24,263 bases of DNA. Origin: Candidatus Zymogenus saltonus (GTDB lineage Bacteria; Desulfobacterota; Zymogenia; Zymogenales; Zymogenaceae). Numbering within the stretch: position 1 is the stretch's first letter; the number at the start of each line of letters is the position of its first letter. The notes under the pieces were generated by a model. That model had not been told where the DNA came from. It made no database searches and saw only the letters and a list, made by a program, of their open reading frames with translations. Location of the stretch: NCBI GenBank assembly GCA_016929395.1, contig JAFGIX010000064.1, positions 1 through 24,263 of the forward strand, given 5' to 3'. Both the position numbers and the translations under genes were made by a program. This document shows positions 17,006-23,865 of the stretch, in pieces.

Positions 17006-17035
17006 CTTTATTAAGCTATTCCTACCATAAGGTAG
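16990..17035. promoter_or_regulatory. Putative enhancer (UAS) for the amtB sigma-54 promoter: TACC-aaac-GGTA (16993-17004, overlapping the activator stop codon) plus cTACC-ataa-GGTAg (17022-17035)
   Basis: Two TACC-N4-GGTA inverted repeats about 155-195 bp upstream of the -24/-12 element, the usual bEBP distance. The first lies within the 20-bp repeat shared with 15359-15378. Confidence 0.4.
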
Positions 17036-17186
17036 CATTTTTAAGCCTGACCGCCCCCATAATCCGCCAAACTTTCAAGATATTGGATCAATCCAAAAAA
17101 ACCGGATTTCATTTAAAACTATTAAATCAATAATATCAAGCCCTTATAAAACATCACCTCACTTTTAACGGCGACCTCCCGCCGCT

Positions 17187-17201
17187 TGGCACAAAACTTG
17201 C
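17187..17201 (+). promoter_or_regulatory. Sigma-54 (-24/-12) promoter TGGCAC-aaaac-TTGC driving amtB-glnK(-flotillin-glnA-nadE?)
   Basis: TGGCAC at 17187-17192, a 5-nt spacer, TTGC at 17198-17201. Exact match to the RpoN consensus. About 105 nt upstream of the amtB ATG and downstream of a bEBP gene. Confidence 0.6.
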
Positions 17202-17307
17202 GATAGTATCTCAATCAAGATTGAAAAGGGATATGCCGCAGGCATATCTCCCTATAGTGGCTCGCTACATAGGAAATCGGAACGGAATAACTTAAAGGAG
17301 GTTGTTT

Positions 17308-18828
17308 ATGAGAAGACTATTTGTTGGAAAGGCGATTCTCATGGTGATGCTTCTGCTGTTTACGGTACTCATTCCCATTTTCCCTGCGGCCGTGGCTCAG
17401 GAAGAGGGGGCGCCGGCGACGGAAGTGGTTACCACCGCAGAGGACACCGCTTCAGAGGCGGGAGATGCGGCGGAAGGGGCGGAGACCCCCACGGGAGAGG
17501 TCCCTCCTCCGGCGGTCGTCGATGAAGCCGCGGAAGACGGCGCCGACACCGCCGCGGAAGATAAGACCGAAGAGGCGACATACGTTACAAAGGCCGCCCT
17601 CGATACGGTCTGGGTGCTGATAGCCGGTGTGCTGGTCATGTTCATGCAGGCGGGGTTCGCAGTTTTAGAGGCGGGATTCGTCCGCGCCAAGAACTCCCTC
17701 AACGTCGTTATGAAGAACATAATGGATTTCTGCTTTGCAACCATAACGTACTGGGCGGTAGGCTTTGCGATCATGTTCGGGGCGGGGAACGCCCTGTTCG
17801 GCACCAGCGGCTTCTTCCTGAGCGATCCGACGGGGACGACGTTCGACTCGCTTAGCTGGACCATCGTCCCTCTCGAGGCGAAGTACTTCTTTCAGCTCGT
17901 CTTTTGCGCAACTTCGGCGACCATCGTTGCCGGGGCGGTGGCGGAGCGCACGAAGTTTGTAGCCTACATCATCTATTCCATCGTCATCTCCGCCGTGATA
18001 TACCCGGTGATCGGCCACTGGATCTGGGGAGGGGGCTGGCTGGGAAGCCTCGGAATGCTCGACTTTGCGGGATCGACCGTAGTTCACTCAACCGGCGGGT
18101 GGCTCTCCCTTGCGGGCGTCATCATCCTGGGACCAAGAGTGGGCAAGTATAAATCGGACGGGACACCAAAGGCCATTACGGGACACAACATACCCCTTGC
18201 CGCCCTGGGAGCCTTCATCCTATGGTTCGGGTGGTTCGGATTCAACGCGGGGAGCACAATGGCTGCTGACGCAGAGGATATCGCCCATATCGTAACCACC
18301 ACCAACCTCTCGGCCGGCGCCGGGGGGATTGCGGCGATGTTCACCTCATGGTGGATGTTTAAAAAGCCGGATATAAGCATGGCGATCAACGGCGCCCTGG
18401 CGGGGCTTGTGGGAATAACCGCCCCATGCGCCTTCGTGACCGCCGGCGGGGCCATCTGGATCGGGCTCTTTGCCGGGGTGCTTGTGGTCCTGGCGATACT
18501 CTTTCTTGACAAGGTCCTGAAGATCGACGATCCCGTGGGCGCCATCGCGGTCCACGGCGTAAACGGGGCCTGGGGCACCCTAGCCGTTGGGATCTTCGCC
18601 AAGGAGGGCGGTCTTCTCTACGGCGGCGGCTTCAAGCTGTTGGGTATCCAGGCGCTGGGCGTCGTCTCCGTGTTTGCCTTTGCGATGACCACGGGTCTTC
18701 TCCTCTTTTACGTGATCAAGCACCTGGTGGGATTCAGGGTTTCGAGGGAAGAGGAGCTGAGAGGCCTTGACATCGAAGAGCACGGCATGGAGTCGTATCC
18801 GAGCTTTCAGATCTTCACCACGGAATAA
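17308..18828 (+). CDS. amtB: Ammonium transporter Amt/MEP family, with signal peptide and an about 70-aa acidic Ala/Glu/Thr-rich N-terminal extension before TM1
   Basis: AAAGGAGG lies 6 nt upstream of the ATG at 17308. The track start at 17302 is a TTG. Amt signature DFAGSTVVHSTGG, the twin-His region, 11 TM helices. Followed directly by glnK. Confidence 0.9.
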   Translation: MRRLFVGKAILMVMLLLFTVLIPIFPAAVAQEEGAPATEVVTTAEDTASEAGDAAEGAETPTGEVPPPAVVDEAAEDGADTAAEDKTEEATYVTKAALDTVWVLIAGVLVMFMQAGFAVLEAGFVRAKNSLNVVMKNIMDFCFATITYWAVGFAIMFGAGNALFGTSGFFLSDPTGTTFDSLSWTIVPLEAKYFFQLVFCATSATIVAGAVAERTKFVAYIIYSIVISAVIYPVIGHWIWGGGWLGSLGMLDFAGSTVVHSTGGWLSLAGVIILGPRVGKYKSDGTPKAITGHNIPLAALGAFILWFGWFGFNAGSTMAADAEDIAHIVTTTNLSAGAGGIAAMFTSWWMFKKPDISMAINGALAGLVGITAPCAFVTAGGAIWIGLFAGVLVVLAILFLDKVLKIDDPVGAIAVHGVNGAWGTLAVGIFAKEGGLLYGGGFKLLGIQALGVVSVFAFAMTTGLLLFYVIKHLVGFRVSREEELRGLDIEEHGMESYPSFQIFTTE

Positions 18829-18843
18829 AAAAGGAGGTTAACA

Positions 18844-19185
18844 ATGAAACTTATCGTGGCGATAATACAGCCCCATAAACTCCCCGACGTCAAGCAGGCC
18901 CTCTACGAAAACGAGATTTATCTGATGACGGTATCAAACGCCCTCGGCTCCGGGAGGCAACTGGGATACAAAGAGGTCTACAGGGGTGTCCCCGAGGAAG
19001 TAAATCTTTTGAAAAAAATCAAACTCGAGATTGCGGTGAATGAAGAGTACGTGGAGCCGACGATCGACGCCATCATCAAGGGGGCGAAGACCGGAAACAT
19101 CGGTGACGGGAAGATATTCGTCCTCGACCTGCCGCAGGTCATCAGGATCAGGACGGGGGAGAGGGGAAGGTCGGCAATAGGTTAA
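18844..19185 (+). CDS. glnK: PII nitrogen regulatory protein (GlnK-type, amtB-linked), 113 aa
   Basis: [20 protein letters not shown]..., a T-loop [14 protein letters not shown], a C-terminal GDGKIFV. AAGGAGG lies 6 nt upstream. The position aligned to E. coli Tyr51 (RGAEY) reads RGVPE, so there is no uridylylatable Tyr. Confidence 0.9.
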   Translation: MKLIVAIIQPHKLPDVKQALYENEIYLMTVSNALGSGRQLGYKEVYRGVPEEVNLLKKIKLEIAVNEEYVEPTIDAIIKGAKTGNIGDGKIFVLDLPQVIRIRTGERGRSAIG

Positions 19186-19242
19186 AAGGAGTTAAAATAG
19201 TGAAAATCTTATCGAAGATCGACAGTTTACAAATTTTGACTT

Positions 19243-19271
19243 TTGACAAAAACAGTAAGGAGGCTTATAAT
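19243..19271 (+). promoter_or_regulatory. Perfect-consensus sigma-70-like element TTGACA-17-TATAAT whose -10 overlaps the flotillin start codon
   Basis: TTGACA at 19243-19248, a 17-nt spacer containing the flotillin SD TAAGGAGG (19256-19263), then TATAAT at 19266-19271. The ATG is at 19270-19272. A transcript from it would start inside the ORF, so its function is unclear. Confidence 0.25.
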
Positions 19272-20556
19272 GGATGTGCTGAGTCTAAAACCGGAAACGA
19301 TCGGTATATTGATAGCGATTGCCATAATTGCAATCGCCGTGATCATTGCGTTTATCAAGGCTAACCTTCATGTGTGTCCCCCGAACGAGCTTCTCATTTT
19401 CTCGGGCAAAAAGAGGAAGTTGAAGGACGGCACGATAGTGGGGTACAGGGCAATCAAGGGCGGAAGAGGACTCAAGATCCCGATTATCGAGTCGGTATCG
19501 AGGATGCCTCTCAATACCTTTACGGTGGATATGGAGCTGATCGGGGCGCTGACAAACGGGATCATCCCGATAAACATCGAGGCGATGGCAAACGTGAAGG
19601 TGGCCGGAAGCGAGTCGGAGGGAATCAACAACGCCCTGGAGCGTTTCCTCGGCAGGAACATGGGGGAGATATCTCAGGTCGCCAGGGAGACGATAGAGGG
19701 CTCCCTTCGGGGTGTCCTTGCCACACTGTCCCCCGAGGAGGCAAACCAGAAGAGGCTGGAGTTCGCCGAAAAGGTGTCCGACGAGGCAAGCGCTGACTTC
19801 AGGAAATTGGGGTTGGTCCTCGACACCTTCAAGATAAAGAACATATCCGACCCCGAGGGGTACATGGATAATATAGGGCGCAAGAAGAATGCGGAGGTCA
19901 AGAGGGACGCCATCATAGCGGAGGCGAAAACCGAGGCCGAATCGAGAATCGCCACGGCGGAGTCAAAGAGGAAGGGGAGCATAGCCGAATACGAGGCGGA
20001 GCTTGCTGTAATCGAGGCTGAAAACAGCTACAAGATAAAGAAGGCCAAGCTGGCCGAAGAGGTCAACAGGGCGGAGTCCAGGGCCAGCGTCGCGGGAGAC
20101 ATAGCGAGGGTGACCGAGGAGGAGAAGCTCGAAGACGCCAGGATAAAGATGAACAAGAAGAAATACGAGGCGGAAACCGTGGTCCCGGCCCAGGCGGACA
20201 AAGAGGCGAAGATCCTCTACGCCAAGGGAAAGGCGGCGCGGATCGTCGAGGACGGCAAGGCGATGGCGGAGTCTGTCAAACTCCTCAGGGAGGAATGGGA
20301 GAAGGACGAGACGAGAGAGCTGTTCCTCATCCAGCAGCTTCCCATGATCCTGGACAAGATAACGAGCGTCGTCAAGGATAACCTGAGGGTGGACAAGCTC
20401 ACGATCTTGGACAACGGCGACGGAAACGGCTTACCGACGCTTGTCAAGGGGCTCACGGGTTCGACTGCAGCCTTTTTCGAGGGGATAAAGAGCGCCACCG
20501 GACTCGACATCCCGGAGATCCTTCAACCCAAGAAGGGGAGTAAGAGCGCCGGTTAA
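19270..20556 (+). CDS. Flotillin-like SPFH/band-7 membrane-scaffold protein (YqiK/FloT-like), about 428 aa
   Basis: TAAGGAGG lies 6 nt upstream of the ATG at 19270. The track start at 19243 is a TTG. N-terminal TM helix IGILIAIAIIAIAVIIAFI, an SPFH domain, then a long Glu/Ala/Lys-rich coiled coil (AEAKTEAESRIATAESKRKG...) and a C-terminal flotillin tail. Confidence 0.85.
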   Translation: MDVLSLKPETIGILIAIAIIAIAVIIAFIKANLHVCPPNELLIFSGKKRKLKDGTIVGYRAIKGGRGLKIPIIESVSRMPLNTFTVDMELIGALTNGIIPINIEAMANVKVAGSESEGINNALERFLGRNMGEISQVARETIEGSLRGVLATLSPEEANQKRLEFAEKVSDEASADFRKLGLVLDTFKIKNISDPEGYMDNIGRKKNAEVKRDAIIAEAKTEAESRIATAESKRKGSIAEYEAELAVIEAENSYKIKKAKLAEEVNRAESRASVAGDIARVTEEEKLEDARIKMNKKKYEAETVVPAQADKEAKILYAKGKAARIVEDGKAMAESVKLLREEWEKDETRELFLIQQLPMILDKITSVVKDNLRVDKLTILDNGDGNGLPTLVKGLTGSTAAFFEGIKSATGLDIPEILQPKKGSKSAG

Positions 20557-20618
20557 AAACTACAACGATACAGTGCAAACTTGTCGAAAGGTTCGGCATA
20601 AAGACAAAGAAGAACCTA

Positions 20619-20661
20619 AATAACTGGGATTCAAGGATTTAATCCTAAAATCCCAGTTATT
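20619..20661. promoter_or_regulatory. 43-bp palindrome upstream of glnA (aATAACTGGGATT-caaggatttaatcctaa-AATCCCAGTTATt); candidate operator for a nitrogen regulator, or a structured terminator/leader
   Basis: 12-bp arms at 20620-20631 and 20649-20660. The centre holds nested GGATT/AATCC repeats. It ends immediately before a -10-like TACAAT (20661-20666) and 39 nt before the glnA ATG. Confidence 0.3.
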
Positions 20662-20699
20662 ACAATATTCTACACTCAAAACAGGATAAGGAAAAAACT

Positions 20700-22028
20700 A
20701 TGATTGTAAACACAAAGAGAGACGTGCTAAAAATCGTCAAGGAGAGGAACGTCAGCTTCATCCAGTTCTGGTTTACGGACATACTCGGATTTCTGAAGAG
20801 CTTTGCCGTCACCCCGTCCGAGCTGGAGGAGGGATTGTCCGAGGGAATGGGCTTTGACGGCTCTTCTATCGAGGGCTTTGCGAGGATCGAAGAGAGCGAC
20901 ATGATCGCAAAGCCGGATCCATCGACCTTTCAGTTCCTTCCCTGGAGGGACGAGGAAAGGCCGGTGGCAAGGATGTTCTGCGACATACTCGAGCCCACGG
21001 GCGAGCCTTACGCGGGCGATCCGAGACATGCATTCAAGAAGCTCCTCCAGAGGGCGAAGGACGAGGGCTATATATATTATATAGGCCCAGAGCCTGAGTT
21101 CTTCTATTTTGCCAGCAAGGACGAGCCGAAGACCCTGGATTCGGGCGGGTATTTCGACGCGACCCCCCTGGATCTGGCTTCGATGCTCAGGAGGGAGACG
21201 ATCTTCGCGCTCCAGAAGTTCGGGATCGACATAGAGTACAGCCACCACGAGGTCGCGCCGAGCCAGCACGAGATCGATCTCAGGTTCGACGAGGGCCTCA
21301 GGATGGCCGACAAGTTCATGACCCTAAGAACCACCGTCAAGGAGATCGCGAGACTCAACGGGTACCACGCAACGTTCATGCCCAAGCCGATCTTCGGGGA
21401 GAACGGGAGCGGGATGCACGTCCACCAGTCCCTCTTCAGGGATGACAGAAACGCCTTTTTCGACGCCAACGATCCGATGAGCCTTTCGGCCGAGGGGAAG
21501 AGCTACATAGCGGGAATCCTGAAGCACGCCAGGGAGATAACGGCCGTGTGCAACCAGTGGGTGAACTCCTACAAGCGCCTCGTCCCCGGCTACGAGGCCC
21601 CGGTCTACGTCAGCTGGGCGAGGCGAAACAGGTCGACGATGGTGAGGGTGCCCCAGTACAAGCCCGGAAAGGAGAAGGCCACGAGGATGGAGTTTCGCTC
21701 GCCGGACCCCGCCGCCAACCCGTACCTGGCCTTTGCGGTGATGCTGGCCGCGGGTCTCAAGGGCATCAAGGAGGGCTACACCCTTCCGGCTCCGATCGAG
21801 GAAGACCTGTATGAATTCAGCCCGGAGAAGAGGAGGGAGAGGGGTATCACCGAGCTTCCGGGAAACCTCTTCGAGGCGGTGGGCGAGCTCGAAAAGAGCG
21901 AGCTTGTAAGGGACGCCCTTGGCGATCACATATTTTACAAGTTTATCGAGAACAAGAAAATAGAGTGGGACAGGTACAGAATACACGTCAGCAAATACGA
22001 GATAGACAACTACCTCCCCATCATTTAA
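20700..22028 (+). CDS. glnA: Glutamine synthetase type I (probably GSI-alpha, not adenylylated), 442 aa
   Basis: GS signatures FDGSSIEGF and KPIFGENGSGMHVHQSLF, a beta-grasp N-domain. The region aligned to the E. coli adenylylation site NLYDLP reads LPGNLFEAVG (Phe, not Tyr). Confidence 0.92.
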   Translation: MIVNTKRDVLKIVKERNVSFIQFWFTDILGFLKSFAVTPSELEEGLSEGMGFDGSSIEGFARIEESDMIAKPDPSTFQFLPWRDEERPVARMFCDILEPTGEPYAGDPRHAFKKLLQRAKDEGYIYYIGPEPEFFYFASKDEPKTLDSGGYFDATPLDLASMLRRETIFALQKFGIDIEYSHHEVAPSQHEIDLRFDEGLRMADKFMTLRTTVKEIARLNGYHATFMPKPIFGENGSGMHVHQSLFRDDRNAFFDANDPMSLSAEGKSYIAGILKHAREITAVCNQWVNSYKRLVPGYEAPVYVSWARRNRSTMVRVPQYKPGKEKATRMEFRSPDPAANPYLAFAVMLAAGLKGIKEGYTLPAPIEEDLYEFSPEKRRERGITELPGNLFEAVGELEKSELVRDALGDHIFYKFIENKKIEWDRYRIHVSKYEIDNYLPII

Positions 22029-22058
22029 TCTTTTACCAACCGTTTTTTGGAAGGGAAA

Positions 22059-23786
22059 ATGGGCATTTTGAGAATCGCCCAGGCACAGATAAACACAACC
22101 GTTGGCGACCTTGGCGGCAACTCCGCCAAGGTCGCCTCTTACATTAAAAGGGCCGTAGACGCCGATGCGGACATCGTCACGTTCCCGGAACTCGCCATAA
22201 GCGGATACCCCCCGGAAGACATCCTCTTGAAGCCGCAATTTCTGAGGGACTGCAGAAAGGCGATCGAGAGCGTCTTCGAGTCCACGGACGGGATCGCCGC
22301 GGTCGTCGGCTTTCCCGACTTCGCAGGAGACAAGGTCTTCAACGCCGCCGCCCTTATTTATGACCGAAAACTGCTGGCGATATACCACAAGGTGGAGCTT
22401 CCCAACTACGGGGTGTTCGACGAGAAGCGCTATTTCACTAGCGGAAACGAGCCCCTGACCTTTCTCCTGAACGGCAAGCGCCTCATGGTGACAGTATGCG
22501 AGGATATCTGGATAGAGGGAAGCCCGGTGGAAAATTTCGCATTAGACAACGACGTGGACATCGCCCTCAACCTCTCCGGCTCCCCCTTCCACGCCGGGAA
22601 GATTGAGATCAGGAAAAAGATAGCGTCAAGCTTCGCCGTCAGGACTAACACCTTCGTCTGTTACAACAACCTCGTCGGCGGCCAGGACGAACTCGTATTC
22701 GACGGGACGAGCCTCGTAGTGAACAGGGAGGGAAACGTCATAGACATGGGGAAGAGGTTCGAAGAAGACCTCTTCATCACCGACTTCGCGGATACGGAGA
22801 TCGACACCGCCGTCCCGTTTCCGAGGAGGGAGGCCCAAGATGCGGAGATCGTTATTGAAACGGAGGGAGGCAAAAGAAAGACGGCTGAAGACAGGCCGAT
22901 CCCCGAGATCGCCAGAAGGAAGTATGAAAATCACGGCGAAATAGACGAGATATGGAGGGCCCTCGTCCTGGGAACCGGAGATTACGTGAGGAAAAACGGC
23001 TTCAAGAAGGTCGTGATCGGCCTCTCCGGCGGGATAGACTCCACGCTGACCGCCGCCGTGGCGGTAGCCGCCTTAGGCAAAGAAAACGTCATCGGCGTCA
23101 CGATGCCGTCCATGTACACCTCGGATGAGACATTCAAAGACTCTGACCTGACGGCGAAGAACCTCGGAATCAGGCTGATAACAGTGCCCATAGAGCCGAT
23201 ATTCATATCGTATCTCGATCTCCTCGAAGGCCCCTTCGGCGAGGGGGAGCCGGGGGTCGAGGCGGAGAACCTCCAGGCGAGAATCAGAGGGAATATCCTC
23301 ATGGCCCTTTCCAACAGGTTCGGCTGGCTCGTCCTGACCACCGGCAACAAGAGCGAGATGGCGGTCGGCTACGCGACCCTCTACGGAGACATGGCGGGCG
23401 GCTTCGCCGTTATCAAGGACGTCCCCAAGACGACCGTATATAAAGTCTCGGAATACGTCAACAAGATCGAAGGGAGAGAGGTAATCCCTAAGAGCGTCAT
23501 CGAGCGACCCCCTACCGCGGAGCTGAGGCCCGACCAGAAGGACGAGGACTCACTCCCCCCCTACGAGGTACTCGATCCGATCCTGTCCGCCTACGTAGAG
23601 GGAGACGAAGACCCGAAAGAGATCGCGAAAAGAGGATATGACATCGAGACCGTGCTTGACGTCGTGAAGATGGTCGATCGCAACGAATACAAGAGGAGGC
23701 AGGCCCCGCCTGGGGTAAAGATCACGCCTAAGGCCTTCGGCAGGGACAGGAGGCTCCCCATCACGAACAGGTACCCGAAGAGGTGA
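22059..23786 (+). CDS. nadE: Glutamine-dependent NAD+ synthetase (N-terminal nitrilase/CN-hydrolase glutaminase domain plus C-terminal NAD synthetase domain), about 575 aa
   Basis: GGAAGGGA SD before the ATG at 22059. The track start at 22047 is a TTG. CN-hydrolase features FPELAISGY and VTVCEDIW. PP-loop GLSGGIDST. 30-nt gap from glnA, so probably co-transcribed. Confidence 0.9.
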   Translation: MGILRIAQAQINTTVGDLGGNSAKVASYIKRAVDADADIVTFPELAISGYPPEDILLKPQFLRDCRKAIESVFESTDGIAAVVGFPDFAGDKVFNAAALIYDRKLLAIYHKVELPNYGVFDEKRYFTSGNEPLTFLLNGKRLMVTVCEDIWIEGSPVENFALDNDVDIALNLSGSPFHAGKIEIRKKIASSFAVRTNTFVCYNNLVGGQDELVFDGTSLVVNREGNVIDMGKRFEEDLFITDFADTEIDTAVPFPRREAQDAEIVIETEGGKRKTAEDRPIPEIARRKYENHGEIDEIWRALVLGTGDYVRKNGFKKVVIGLSGGIDSTLTAAVAVAALGKENVIGVTMPSMYTSDETFKDSDLTAKNLGIRLITVPIEPIFISYLDLLEGPFGEGEPGVEAENLQARIRGNILMALSNRFGWLVLTTGNKSEMAVGYATLYGDMAGGFAVIKDVPKTTVYKVSEYVNKIEGREVIPKSVIERPPTAELRPDQKDEDSLPPYEVLDPILSAYVEGDEDPKEIAKRGYDIETVLDVVKMVDRNEYKRRQAPPGVKITPKAFGRDRRLPITNRYPKR

Positions 23787-23865
23787 AGACGAGATTCTTT
23801 CACAGGGGGTCTTTTACAGGTGCAATATATGACGGCCCCTTCAACTCCCTAAGTATTGATATGCT

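Noticed and set aside
15359-17009. The 20-bp direct repeats as target-site duplication of a mobile element carrying the regulator gene
   Set aside because: There is no transposase or integrase and no terminal inverted repeats. The repeat contains a palindromic motif that recurs in a third variant (17022-17035) and a fourth (15330-15345) at promoter or enhancer-appropriate positions. A regulatory role is the more economical explanation, although a recombination origin is not excluded.
19243-19269. Track-proposed upstream TTG starts (flotillin 19243, GRE 7630, V4R-1 6007, MscS 12335, nadE 22047, amtB 17302) and the ATG at 6790 for V4R-2
   Set aside because: In each case a downstream ATG has a well-spaced GGAGG/AAGGAGG. 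For V4R-2 the 6823 start also makes the N-terminus colinear with its paralog. For several of them the longer form would place the SD inside the coding region.
21324-22388. 354-aa ORF on the - strand spanning the glnA/nadE junction
   Set aside because: It is antisense to two well-supported genes. Its product is low-complexity (Gly/Val/Arg-rich) and has no RBS.
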